From: an uncultured Acidobacteriota bacterium
GTDB lineage: Bacteria > Acidobacteriota > Blastocatellia > RBC074
Direction of reading: 5' to 3'
Assembly: GCA_963796275.1 (NCBI GenBank)
Contig: CAWCKY010000006.1
Location: forward strand, 800,001-864,000
DNA length: 64,000 nt
Positions within the stretch are counted from its first letter, which is position 1; each line of letters opens with the position of its first letter. The notes under the pieces are model-generated. The model saw only the letters and a list, made by a program, of their open reading frames with translations. It was not told where the DNA came from and searched no databases. Positions 52,401 through 62,430 of this stretch are shown piece after piece. A program made the position numbers and the translations under genes.

Positions 52401-52932
52401 GGTAGCGGGAGTGACCACGTTTCAGTCAGGTTTGCCGATGAGTTTAACCGGGACGAACGTGAGTAATGTCTTGGGGATCACGACCGACCGCGTGCAGCTG
52501 GCTCCGGGCTGTACATATGGCGATCTGACGAACTCCGGTCCGGTGCATGGCAAACTGAATAATTACTTCAATAATAATTGCATTCTCCGCGGGCCGGCGC
52601 CGGTGAACTCCCGACCGGGAACATTAGGGCCAGCTATGTGGCCGGTGGTTGGAGATGACGGAATAGCGACGGCATTCGGCAACAGCGGCGTGGGCGTCAT
52701 CTTCGGGCCCGACCAGCGGAACTTCGACCTTGCGCTTATTAAGCGAACCCCAGTCAGGCGGCTGCGTGATGGCGCCAACATCGAATTGCGCGTGGAGCTC
52801 TTCAACGCTTTCAACACGACGCAATTCAACAGTCCCAACACCAACGTTTCGACGGGAAATAACTTCGGCGTGATTACGACCACGGCGGTCAACCCGCGGA
52901 TCATGCAGATTGCGCTGAAGGTGAACTTCTAG
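49420..52932 (+). CDS. Oar-like TonB-dependent transporter
   Basis: Signal peptide, IQEFKVQTGLYDATYGR, FIQDDIK and C-terminal QIALKVNF. Confidence 0.95.
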   Translation: MYLPRRILSLVFFLSSFHLLAMAQTAGTGALTGIVTDNSGAVIQEARVRVINEATGAVRSVASRQNGIYMVPLLPPGSYRVEFSRSGFKTAVKPGLEINVTETARFDIGLELGEVQEQITVTSEVQLLQTESSALGRITDRALVSNLPLVTRDYTQIVTLSPGVASNVTNAAELGRGNGGLTQGSFRAYGAGGADNNFQMNGVQINDLQASGAFSGGVAIPNPDAIQEFKVQTGLYDATYGRNAGANVNVVTRSGSNEMHGNIFEYFRNDALNANEFFRNLNGQPRGVLKQNQFGLTLGGPLKRDKLLFFISYQGMRQINGLSNGATSNFLTPPFTDDRSRAALGRLFQGQRGFFQNAAGGIGPAIAADGSNISPQALALLNLKHPNGQYVIPTPQTINPAVGFDVQGRSAFSVPATFDEDQFLVNLDFLHTERSKFAGRSFLANSRQNLPLPLSQLGITAPGFPQLSASRMRNLSLAHTYTFSPTLLNNAEFGFHRIASPAIQQEIFKWSDVGVQAPPVANDYPVVGIAGSLALGGNGQGLDLVQNHFTFQDSLTYIRGRHTLRFGGGITRSQVNLSDFHFFGGLQFQSWPDFLLGLPAGTVASGGNGTAVSNVSVSIDIPGMLDRTWRLTDGNAFIQDDIKLSQSFTLNLGVRYERLSNLGDTLGRNSGFDIAMANPNPPAAGSIEGFVVSQNFPGTVPPGVRQLDNTYGIRGEHQNNVGPRIGLAWRLPSGGSTLAGRMVLRGGYGIYYTRATGQPFLQLAAAPPFALVRQLAGPPNGAASFSNPFGPDLTFPQFPAYSPATARTISFIDQGYRPPVTQQFSLNLQTEMGRDLLLEVGYVGTRGTHQIQNRSLNQALLASPANPIRGETTNTIANIGRRVPFIGFTAPGLNVIDSSASSWYHGMDASLTKRLSRGLQFLAAYTFSHAYSTFGRNTSAAGVAGIAGNQNDARANYGRSEFNREHRLVVSYLYQFPSPQRFSALLDNFLGGWAVAGVTTFQSGLPMSLTGTNVSNVLGITTDRVQLAPGCTYGDLTNSGPVHGKLNNYFNNNCILRGPAPVNSRPGTLGPAMWPVVGDDGIATAFGNSGVGVIFGPDQRNFDLALIKRTPVRRLRDGANIELRVELFNAFNTTQFNSPNTNVSTGNNFGVITTTAVNPRIMQIALKVNF

Positions 52933-53035
52933 CGGGATGAAAGGATATCTCCCAACAGCGCGTGTTTCGGTTTAAACTGTCCACGCTTCAGTCGCGCCTG
53001 ACGGCATCGTTTTGTGGTTCTGAAAAGGGGGAAAA

Positions 53036-53704
53036 ACGCCGCAGATCGTGGCGGGTGGCGATTTGAAATATGACGAATCGTTCTATTCGAGCTATGCGAT
53101 GGGTTGGAGCGTAAGCTCCTATCGCGGGCATCCAGTATTCTCGCATGGCGGTGGCATTGACGGGTTCACTTCACAGGTCCGGTTTCTGCCAAAAGACCAG
53201 TTGGCCGTGGTCGTTTTGACCAATTCAGGTTCGCCTGCAAGCGGTCTCATCAGCACCAATGCCGTGGAACGGATACTCGGTTTGAGCGAGGTGCTGTGGG
53301 CGAACCGCACCAAAGACGATATAGCCAAAGCGAGAGAGGCTCAGGCGAAAGCAAGAGCGGAAAACGATGCGAAACGCAAGAAGGATACGCGGCCGTCACA
53401 CGCGCTGAAAGATTACACCGGACAATTCGAGCATCCGGCTTATCAGACATTGACGATCACGCAAGAGGGCGAGCAGTTGAAGTTCGATCTTCATGGCCTG
53501 GCCGGCGGGCTGAAGCATTATCACTATGACATCTTTCAGGCGTTGGAAGGATATCCCGGGGGATTTGAAGGGACGAAGATGACCTTCCTGATGAACAGTG
53601 CAGGGGAGATCGACCGAGTGACCATAGCTCTCGAGCCGAATGTGAAGGAGATCGTCTTCACGCGAAAACCGGCACAGCCGGAAAAGGCTGCTGCCCAGGA
53701 TTGA
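53036..53704 (+). pseudogene. 5'-truncated serine hydrolase (beta-lactamase class C-like C-terminal part plus DUF3471)
   Basis: Starts abruptly at TPQIV..YAMGW...HGGGIDGF; lacks SxxK and YxN; paralogous to the next gene. Confidence 0.8.
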
Positions 53705-53748
53705 TTTGGCTCAGCTCTTTGAGGGCGACCTCAATGAAAGGACAAACA

Positions 53749-55555
53749 ATGAAAATCGATCGTATTCTCGCCATTCTCTTCATGCTTGCGCTGACCATAG
53801 GGTTCAACGCCAAGGCTCAGGATGCTCCGCTACAGGGCTTCGACGATTACGTCAACAAGGCTCGAGCGGACTGGGATGTGCCGGGAGTCGCCATTGCGAT
53901 AGTCAAAGATGACAGGATCGTTTTGGCGAAAGGCTACGGGCTGCGCGAGTTGAACAAACCGGCGCCGGTCGATGAGCGCACTATCTTCGCCATCGGCTCG
54001 TCCTCGAAAGCCTTCACCGCCGCGGCGCTCGCCATGCTGGTCGACGAAGGCAAGGTCAAGTGGGACGAGCCGGTGACGAAATATCTGCCCGGGTTCGAGC
54101 TCTACGACGCCTATGCCGCGAAAGAGATGACGGTGCGCGATCTGCTCTGTCATCGCAGCGGATTGGCGCGCGGCGATATGGTGTGGTACGGCTCGACCTT
54201 CAACCGCGATGAGATTGTGCGCCGCGCGCGCTACCTCAAACCGAGCTGGAGCTTCCGGAGCCATTTCGGCTATCAGAACATTATGTACCTGGCCGCCGGA
54301 CAGATAGTTCAAGCCGTCACGGGACAAAGCTGGGATGATTTCATCAAGGGACGTTTCTTCAAACCGCTCGGTATGGCGGCGAGCAGTACGAGCATAAATC
54401 AGCTGAAATCATCAGAGAACGTTGCCGCACCGCATGCGAAGATCGACGAAAAGGTCGCAGTCATACCCTGGCGCAACATCGACAACATAGCTCCGGCAGG
54501 TTCGATCAACTCCAACGTCATTGAAATGGCTTCATGGGTTCGCCTTCAACTCAATCAGGGCAGTTACTCGGGGCAGCGGTTGCTCAGTTCCGGCGCGATT
54601 TCCGAGATGCATAAATCGCACTCTATCATCCCGTCCGATCCGCCCTGGACGCTGATGTTTCCGCAAGCGCACTTTCTCAATTACGGGTTGGGTTGGTTCT
54701 TGTATGACTATCGCGGCCGCAAGATCGTGGATCACGGCGGAAATATCGACGGGATGAGCGCGCTGGTGGCCCTGGTGCCGGAAGAGAAGTTGGGGCTTGT
54801 GATTCTCACCAACTTGAGCGGTTGCGAGCTGCGGACGGCGCTCAAGTATCGCATTTTCGATGCCTTCCTCGGCGGCGAGCCGAAGGATTGGAGCGCAGCG
54901 CATCTGAAGACGATTAAGGGTTACGAGACGCAGATCAAAGCCGCCGAGAAGAAACGACTTGACGAGAGAGTCAAAGATACCAAACCCTCGCTGGCCCTCG
55001 AAAAATATGCGGGAACATATGATGACGAGATGTATGGCGAGGTGAAAGTGGCGCAGGACGAAAGCGGCAAGCTGGTGATCCGCTACGGTCAGACATTCAC
55101 GGGAGAATCTGTCGCACTGGCATTATGACACTTTCCAGGCGACATGGCGCGATCGCACGCTCGGCAAGGCGCTGATCACTTTCGCTCTCGATACGAGCGG
55201 CAAAGTGGAGTCTGTGAAAGTGCAGAACCTGACTGACTTCAAACGCCAACCGGAAAAGCCGGCAGCCGCCGCCGCCGTGGCGCTGAGCGAAGCCGAGCTC
55301 AAGAAATTCGCGGGTCGCTATGAGCTCGCAGCGCCGCCGCTGGAGGTCAGCATCGAGTTGGTCGGCGGCCAATTGAAAGCGGTGATGCCGGCGCGACCGG
55401 TGACGACGCTTGTCCCCGTCTCGGCAGATCGCTTTACGGTGGAAGGGGCGCCAGTGGCTATCTTTGTGCAGTTCAAACTGGAGGACGGGAAGGTGAGTGC
55501 GATGACGATCGAGCAGGGATCGAATCCGGCGCTGACCTTCAAACCCAAGACTTAA
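53749..55555 (+). CDS. Secreted serine hydrolase (beta-lactamase/D-aminopeptidase family + DUF3471) with a +1 frameshift near 55106
   Basis: SSSK, YQN and HGG motifs; removing one A from GGAGAATCTG restores FTGDLSHWHYDTF...SGKVESVKVQ and joins ORF 55205-55555. Confidence 0.9.
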
Positions 55556-56379
55556 GCCTTCACCCCGGCGCTCACGGTCCATCCGCCATCAACCGTGATC
55601 GTTTCTCCGGTGATGTAATCCGAAGCATCGGAGGCCAGAAAGACAGTCACGCCGGCTAACTCCGAAGGGATGCCTGGCCGCCCCATCGGGATCACGCCCA
55701 CCGCGCTGTCATACAACTCAGGATTGGAGAAGACCGAGTCGGTCATCTTCGTCCAGAAGCGTCCAGGCGCGATGGAGTTGACGCAGATGTTTTCTCTGGC
55801 GAAATCGACCGCCAGAGAGCGCGTCATCTGGCGCATACCGCCTTTGCTGATCGAGTAAAGCGCGATGTTGGGAACGATTACTTCATAGACGATCGATCCG
55901 ACATTGATGATCTTCGCCTTGTGCGGGCGGCCGGTTTGCCGCCGCATCACGCGCAACGCTTCTTGACAGGCGAAGAACGCGCCTTTCAGATTGATTCCGA
56001 TCAACCTGTCCCATTCCTCTTCAGTGAAATCGACGGCAGATTTACGGTTGTTGATCCCAGCTGCGTTGACCAATATGTCGAGGCGATTGAAATGATTCGC
56101 GGTCTTTTGGACCATCGCCCGTACTGACTCGACGTTGCTCACGTCCGCGGGAACGGTCAGAACCGCACGGCCGGCCTTGCGAATAAGCCCGGCGGCGGCC
56201 TCGAGCTCCGATTCAGTGCGCGACGCGATCGCTATATCAGCGCCCGCACTGGCCAGCGCCTGGGCCATTGCCAGTCCCAGACCGCGTCCACCCCCCGTGA
56301 TTAGCGCCGCGCGGCCATCCAGGCGGAAACTGGGCATCTTAAATTCTTCGTCTCTTGGCATTCTTCTTTCGATATTCAT
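55552..56379 (-). CDS. SDR oxidoreductase (gluconate 5-dehydrogenase/KduD-like)
   Basis: TGGGRGLG, NAAG, YSISK and ITGETITVDGG motifs; start may be at 56337. Confidence 0.9.
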   Translation of the reverse strand: MNIERRMPRDEEFKMPSFRLDGRAALITGGGRGLGLAMAQALASAGADIAIASRTESELEAAAGLIRKAGRAVLTVPADVSNVESVRAMVQKTANHFNRLDILVNAAGINNRKSAVDFTEEEWDRLIGINLKGAFFACQEALRVMRRQTGRPHKAKIINVGSIVYEVIVPNIALYSISKGGMRQMTRSLAVDFARENICVNSIAPGRFWTKMTDSVFSNPELYDSAVGVIPMGRPGIPSELAGVTVFLASDASDYITGETITVDGGWTVSAGVKA

Positions 56380-56697
56380 AATATGGTTAGAAAATCCTTC
56401 CCCAGATCGGTGTATCTATTCCTCCAATGCAATCCGGCAGACGCAATGCGTCTTTGCGTTTTTATGCCTTTGCGTTGCAGAATGAGAGGCTTGAATTTAC
56501 GATAGTTAAATTACGATTGCTATTTGTTAAACGAAGCGAATTGTTTATCACAATGGGCGCAAAATGACAAAAAGCAAGATGTATGTGAGAAAGATGTAAG
56601 CAAGTTTGGGGTTTAAATTATATTTTGCGAACTCGTGTGATTAATGTTCTAAAAAACTGCTGGAACAGAAATCCCCTCCCCTCACAATTGGAGATTT

Positions 56698-59600
56698 ATG
56701 TCGAGCACGGAAATCGGAAGAAAAAGGCTCAAACAAATATTTCAGTATCTTGAAGCGTTCAATCAACAGCGCAACCCGGTGATCCGCCAGGTCGAGGAGC
56801 AGGAATGGGTTCTCTGGATGAAGAGCCTGCCCGTGCATCCGACGATCACTCGTCACAAGGAAGGCGACGATTCGTTCGTGCTTAAAGTGAGCCGGGCGTC
56901 TCTCATTTCTTCTCCGCCTCCGCCATATGAGATAAGAGATTGGCTGCGGTCCGGCTGGGAGGATCCTTTCAAACCGGAGAAACTTATTGAGTTCAAGATC
57001 GATAAGGATCATCAGGGAAAAGAGATAAAGATCAGGTTCGAGGATTCGCCCGATCGCGTTAAAGCATACAAAATTTGGAAGGAAGAGCGTGGCGTTTGGG
57101 CCGCGCAGGAGCGGCCAGCGCGCGAGTCTTATAAGGTCTTCGAGCGCGTATATGCGCTCTACAACCGCGTCGAACGAGAGGCGGGGAGACTCGAGCTCGT
57201 TCTCGGCGATGGAATTCTCAGCTGGGGCCTGCCCGAGAGGGGGATCAACCACCCGATCCTGCTCAAGCATGTGCAGCTCACCTTTGACCCGCAAACTCCG
57301 GAGTTCACGTTCCAGTTCACCGATCAGCCGGTTGAACTCTACACCGCGCTACTGGGAACGGATTCGAATGTCGACCCCAAGTTGATCGCCCAGATCCGCG
57401 ATGAATGCGAGCGGAGGAACTTCTATCTCTCGGATGTGAGAGCTACCTCCGAATTTCTCAAAGGGGTAGTCACGAGGCTGGCGCCGGGAGGCGAGTTCAT
57501 TCCTGAAGGCGGCGGCAGGGGTGAATCGGAAATTTCGAATATTCCTAATGCCACGGATGTCACGGATGTCGCGAATGCCCCGCATGCACCGCTTACCCCG
57601 CGCATCGCCATTGGCCCGGTAATAATCGCCCGCCAGCGAACGCTCGGTTATGCGCGCGCGATCGAATCGATCCTCGAAGAGATACCTGACCTGGAGCTGG
57701 ACGAGATACCTCTATCGTTGCTCAGCATCACCGGCGTCGAATCGCCCGGGAGGATATCGGATTCCGCTTGCATCAGACTGGACGGGGGAGGCAACGAGGA
57801 TGAAGAGATACTCTTCAACAAACCGGCGAACCCTGAGCAATTGATGATAGCCAAACGGCTTGAGCATTATGGATGCGTTCTCGTGCAGGGCCCGCCGGGA
57901 ACGGGGAAGACGCACACCATCGCCAACCTGATCGGACATTTACTGGCCAAAGGCCTCTCGGTGCTGGTGACGAGTCATACGACCAAGGCGCTGCGCGTCC
58001 TGCGCGATAAGGTCGACGATCGCGTCAAATCGCTCTGCGTCAGTTTGCTCGACAATGACACGGAGGGGCAGGCGCAGATGTCGGCTGCAATAGGCGACAT
58101 CGCCGAACGCCTGAACGATGATGAGGCCGGTCTCGAACTCAGGTTATCCGAAATGTGGCGCGCCCGTGCGCAGATCATCGCTGAACTGAGGATTTTACGG
58201 ACCCGGCTCTATGAGGCGCGGGCATCGGAATATCGCGATATTTCTCTCGGCGGAAGAAGCTATCCGCCTTCGCAGGCGGCGCGGATGGTTAAGGAAGGGC
58301 GGGGCGCGGATGATTGGATCCCGCGTCCAATACTGTCGGACCACGGCCTCCCGTTGGACGAGGGCGAAGTGGATGAGCTATACCGGACGAGCCGGGCGGT
58401 CCCGGAGAAGTTCGAAAAATATTTCACTTCGCCGCCGCTAGACCCGGGCTTCCTGATGCGAGCGGATGAGTTTCGCGCCCTCCTGAAGGAGCACAAATCA
58501 CTCGAGGCTGGCCGGGGCAGGGAAGCCGAAGAATTCTGGAGAGCGGAGATCGAAGCCTCGCCCGACGTCCTCGCCGAGTTACTCGCAAAGATGAAGGCGG
58601 CTGTCGAGCCGATCGTTCAGGGCCTCAATGACCCATTCAAGCTGGCCATTATCAATGACAGCCGGCGCGGCGGTTCGTATCGCGCACCGTGGGCCGAGTT
58701 GATCGATAAGATATTAGATGTTTTGGATGTCGCCGGCTCGTGCCGACCCCTGATCTTGAATCAAGGGCCGCAGCCGGCCGCCAACATTCCGCACGACCAG
58801 CAGATCAAGGCGCTGGAAGAGATCATCGCACATCTCGACGGCGGCGGAAGTTTGAGTAAGATGAATCTGTTGTTGCACGCCGAATGGAAGGCTCTGATCT
58901 CACAATCGCGAGTGGATGGGAAGCGACCAGGTGAGGTGGCGCACTTCAAAGCTCTGCACTCTGCGGTCAACCTCGAGCTTTTAAGGACCAATCTGATAAA
59001 CCGCTGGGACCGGCATCTCGTGCCGCTGGGCGTCCCGTCAGCCAATGATTTCCGTCCCACTCCGGAAGAGGCGTGTAACCAATATGTCGACCTCATCAGA
59101 AATCTGCTCGCGTGGCAGGAAGATGCCTGGCATCCGATCGAGCAGGAATTGCGAGAAGTTGGTTTTGAGTGGGAGGCATTTTTACGCAGCGTCCCGCTAA
59201 ACCTGCAGCCGAATGGCGATATGATCAGATTGGCGGAGGCGGTTCGCAATCATCTGCCGGCGATCTTCGAAGCGCGAATTCTCAAGATGCGGAGAAGCGA
59301 ACTGGAGCGCCGGATCGATGAATACCAGGCTCAAATTCGCGATTTGCCAGCCGGCGAAAATTCGATGGAACTGTTAGGCGAGCTACTGCGCGCTCTGGAA
59401 TCGGGCGACGCTGATACGTACTCCCGCATCTCCGATCGCATCGTAGATCTCCACTCCCGCTATCAAACATATCTGCGCAGATGCGAGCTGCTCGAGCGGC
59501 TCGAACCGCATGCGCCGGGTTGGGCGAAAGCTATCCGAACGCGGTCCGGGATTCACGGGGGCGATGTCCCGCCGGGAGACGCGCAAAAGGCATGGCTCTG

Positions 59601-61509
59601 GCTGCAGCTCGACGACCGCATCGATGAGTTGGCGGAAGAATCGATCGCCGAGATCCAATCGGAGATCGAGCGGGGCACGGAGGACCTGCAGACGCTCACG
59701 GCCGAATTGATCGAGACATCTGCCTGGATGTATCAAATCGGGCGCACGGAATTAAAGCAGAAACAGGCTTTGAATGGTTGGGTGCAAACGATGCGAAGGA
59801 TCGGGAAGGGAACAGGGAAGCGAGTGCCGGAGCTGCTCGCCCAGGCGTGGAGCCTGATGGAAGACTGCCGGTCCGCGGTGCCGGTCTGGGTTATGCCGCT
59901 CGCCCGCGTGGTCGAAAACTTCCGACCATGCCGGGGGCTTTTCGACGTTGTGATCATCGACGAAGCGAGCCAGTGCGATGTCATGGGTCTCATCGCTCTA
60001 TACCTGGGCAAGAAGGTGATCGTCGTGGGCGACGACGAGCAGGTCAGCCCCGACGCCGTCGGCAACACGGTTGAGGCTGCACAAAACCTCATAAATATTT
60101 ATCTTCAGGGAATGCCGAACGCCGAACTATATGACGGCAAGCTTTCGATCTATGACCTGGCGATGCAGTCGTTCGGAGGCACCATCTGCCTGCGCGAGCA
60201 TTTCCGTTGCGTCCCCGAGATCATCGGATTCAGCAACAAACTCTCGTATGACGGGAAGATCAAGCCGCTGCGCGATCTGGCGCACAACCCGCTGTCGCCG
60301 GCCGTCGTCGCTCATCACGTTTGCGACGGGCAATCCGGGGCGAAGATCAACGAGAGTGAAGCGATGACCGTCGCGTCATTGATCGTAGCCGCCATCGAGC
60401 AGCCGGAGTATGAAGACCAGACTTTCGGAGTCATATCTCTGGTCGGCGAGGATCAGGCTGCGGCTATCGAGCGAATATTGCGATCGAAACTCGATCCCGC
60501 CGAGTTCGCCAGACGAAAGATCACGTGCGGAAATGCCGCGCAGTTTCAAGGCGACGAAAGGCACGTGATGTTCCTCTCAGTTGTCGATGGTCCATCTCCC
60601 GAGCCGCTTCGATTGCGTCAGGAGGACCTATTTAAGAAACGCTACAACGTCGCCGCCAGCCGCGCCAAAAACCAGCTCTGGGTCGTCCATTCGTTGTATC
60701 CGGCAATTGACTTGAAGCCGGGAGACCTGAGACGAGAGCTGATCGAATACGCTGAAAATCCCAGCTCTCATGCCGGGTTAGGAGTAAACGGGGGGGCCGG
60801 GGCATACGGGGCACAAGGGGCATCTGGTGCAAATAGGGCAACCGTGTTGTCTACCGAAGCAATTGAACCAAATGATGCAAACGGGGCAAACGGGGCAAAC
60901 GGGGCATACGGGGCAAACGGGGCAAAAAAATCGGCCAGTGTAAGGGGACCACGTACGTCAGCAGGTGAGAAAGACCGGCGACCGGGTCGCGCCACATCAG
61001 AAATTGAGCAGCAGGTCATGCAGTGGCTGATCCGGGAAGGCTATCAGGTTGCACCGCGATGGATGGTCGGAGCATACTGTATCGATATGGTGGTGGGCCG
61101 CGGTGATCGCCGTGTGGCGGTTGAGTGCGATGGAGACCGGCGTTATGCGGTTGAGAAGATTCCGGAGGACATGGAGCGGCAGGCTGTGCTCGAACGGCTC
61201 GGTTGGAGATTCATCCGGATCCGCGGCAGCCAATTCTTCCGCGACCCGCAGACTGTCATGAAGGATGTTCTCGATCAGCTCGCAGCGATCGGAGTCATCC
61301 CGGAATATACCGGAGAAAACCCGGAGGAGGATGATGAAGAACTCTCATCGCGCGTCATCCGCAGGGCTGAACAATTGAGATTGGAATGGAGTGGGCGCGA
61401 TCTTGAGTCAATCGCCGCCCCTCCGGAGGAGCGAGAGGCTGGACCGCCGTGGCAAATTGCGAAACAGCCCGATGAGCCGGTGCTTGACGAATCAGACTTA
61501 GCAGTATGA
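56698..61509 (+). CDS. Large SF1 (Upf1/DNA2-like) helicase fused to a C-terminal Vsr/MTES_1575-like restriction-endonuclease-fold domain
   Basis: QGPPGTGKT, IIDEASQ, VGDDEQ, EHFRC, FQGDE and NVAASRA helicase motifs; C-terminal IDMVV...VAVECDGD...RQAVLERLGWRFIRI. Confidence 0.92.
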   Translation: MSSTEIGRKRLKQIFQYLEAFNQQRNPVIRQVEEQEWVLWMKSLPVHPTITRHKEGDDSFVLKVSRASLISSPPPPYEIRDWLRSGWEDPFKPEKLIEFKIDKDHQGKEIKIRFEDSPDRVKAYKIWKEERGVWAAQERPARESYKVFERVYALYNRVEREAGRLELVLGDGILSWGLPERGINHPILLKHVQLTFDPQTPEFTFQFTDQPVELYTALLGTDSNVDPKLIAQIRDECERRNFYLSDVRATSEFLKGVVTRLAPGGEFIPEGGGRGESEISNIPNATDVTDVANAPHAPLTPRIAIGPVIIARQRTLGYARAIESILEEIPDLELDEIPLSLLSITGVESPGRISDSACIRLDGGGNEDEEILFNKPANPEQLMIAKRLEHYGCVLVQGPPGTGKTHTIANLIGHLLAKGLSVLVTSHTTKALRVLRDKVDDRVKSLCVSLLDNDTEGQAQMSAAIGDIAERLNDDEAGLELRLSEMWRARAQIIAELRILRTRLYEARASEYRDISLGGRSYPPSQAARMVKEGRGADDWIPRPILSDHGLPLDEGEVDELYRTSRAVPEKFEKYFTSPPLDPGFLMRADEFRALLKEHKSLEAGRGREAEEFWRAEIEASPDVLAELLAKMKAAVEPIVQGLNDPFKLAIINDSRRGGSYRAPWAELIDKILDVLDVAGSCRPLILNQGPQPAANIPHDQQIKALEEIIAHLDGGGSLSKMNLLLHAEWKALISQSRVDGKRPGEVAHFKALHSAVNLELLRTNLINRWDRHLVPLGVPSANDFRPTPEEACNQYVDLIRNLLAWQEDAWHPIEQELREVGFEWEAFLRSVPLNLQPNGDMIRLAEAVRNHLPAIFEARILKMRRSELERRIDEYQAQIRDLPAGENSMELLGELLRALESGDADTYSRISDRIVDLHSRYQTYLRRCELLERLEPHAPGWAKAIRTRSGIHGGDVPPGDAQKAWLWLQLDDRIDELAEESIAEIQSEIERGTEDLQTLTAELIETSAWMYQIGRTELKQKQALNGWVQTMRRIGKGTGKRVPELLAQAWSLMEDCRSAVPVWVMPLARVVENFRPCRGLFDVVIIDEASQCDVMGLIALYLGKKVIVVGDDEQVSPDAVGNTVEAAQNLINIYLQGMPNAELYDGKLSIYDLAMQSFGGTICLREHFRCVPEIIGFSNKLSYDGKIKPLRDLAHNPLSPAVVAHHVCDGQSGAKINESEAMTVASLIVAAIEQPEYEDQTFGVISLVGEDQAAAIERILRSKLDPAEFARRKITCGNAAQFQGDERHVMFLSVVDGPSPEPLRLRQEDLFKKRYNVAASRAKNQLWVVHSLYPAIDLKPGDLRRELIEYAENPSSHAGLGVNGGAGAYGAQGASGANRATVLSTEAIEPNDANGANGANGAYGANGAKKSASVRGPRTSAGEKDRRPGRATSEIEQQVMQWLIREGYQVAPRWMVGAYCIDMVVGRGDRRVAVECDGDRRYAVEKIPEDMERQAVLERLGWRFIRIRGSQFFRDPQTVMKDVLDQLAAIGVIPEYTGENPEEDDEELSSRVIRRAEQLRLEWSGRDLESIAAPPEEREAGPPWQIAKQPDEPVLDESDLAV
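60787..60924 (+). repeat. In-frame 9-bp tandem repeats within the helicase gene
   Basis: AACGGGGCA-type units, five of them at 60880-60924 plus a degenerate upstream block, encoding NGA/YGA repeats. Confidence 0.85.
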
Positions 61510-62405
61510 TCAAGGTTTTATTGCAAACGACGATTCATTCGATAGAAGATGATTGGAACATCGAACGTTATTCGCTTCTGCGCGACTACCTCGCTTCTCT
61601 TGAAGATGAAGGCGGTTCGCCGATTTTCGCGGTCACTCAAAGGGACCTTTATCCGGACGCGCGCGGCCATGATCCAGTGCTGAGCATGCTGGCAGAGTCC
61701 GACTTCGATGAAATCTGGCTTTTTGCCGCTGATGTGGGCGACGGATTGAGCGGAGGGGACTGCGCCGGCATCAGCGCATTCCGCCGACGTGGAGGCGGCA
61801 TCCTGGCGACGCGCGATCATCAGGATGCTGGCGCATCGATATGTACGCTGGCCGGACTCGGCGCGGCACACTATTTCCACTCGCGCAATCTCGATCCGGA
61901 CGCATCGCGCAACTGCGTGGACGATACCGAGACTAAGACTATCTCGTGGCCGAATTATCATTCCGGGCGGAATGGCGATTATCAGCGAGTGATCGCGGCT
62001 GATCCGGTTAATGAACTACTGCGCCGCCCCAACTCACCGGGGGAGCATATCGAATATTTCCCTGCGCATCCGCACGAGGGAGGCATCGGCGTCCCGCCAA
62101 CCGAACCTGAGGCGCGCGTCATTGCGAAAGGCAAAAGCACGATAACGGGGCGGTCTTTCAATCTGATCGTGGCGTTCGAGTCAGGCTTGGGAAAGGATGG
62201 CAGACCGATAGGCCGTGCCCTCGCCCATTCGAGCTTTCATCACTTCACCGATTACAACTGGGACATCGAAAAAGGCTGTCCCAGCTTCGTGGAAGAAGAG
62301 CCGGGAGATGGAATGAAGCAGGAACCGCGGGCTCGGGCGGATATCCGTGATTACGTTCGTAATGCTGCACTCTGGCTCTCAGGAAAGCAGAGAGATAACG
62401 AGTAG
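61506..62405 (+). CDS. Conserved hypothetical protein, possible class I glutamine amidotransferase/ThuA-like fold
   Basis: ATGA overlap with the helicase stop; FDEIWLF, GGGILATRDH, HPHEG and SSFHHF.DYNW motifs. Confidence 0.75.
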   Translation: MIKVLLQTTIHSIEDDWNIERYSLLRDYLASLEDEGGSPIFAVTQRDLYPDARGHDPVLSMLAESDFDEIWLFAADVGDGLSGGDCAGISAFRRRGGGILATRDHQDAGASICTLAGLGAAHYFHSRNLDPDASRNCVDDTETKTISWPNYHSGRNGDYQRVIAADPVNELLRRPNSPGEHIEYFPAHPHEGGIGVPPTEPEARVIAKGKSTITGRSFNLIVAFESGLGKDGRPIGRALAHSSFHHFTDYNWDIEKGCPSFVEEEPGDGMKQEPRARADIRDYVRNAALWLSGKQRDNE

Positions 62406-62430
62406 ATTTACCACAGTTATATGTGATGCA

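Noticed and set aside
53749-55555. Bona fide antibiotic-resistance beta-lactamase
   Set aside because: The HGG triad, DUF3471 tail and catabolic context fit a peptidase/esterase-type serine hydrolase; resistance cannot be inferred.
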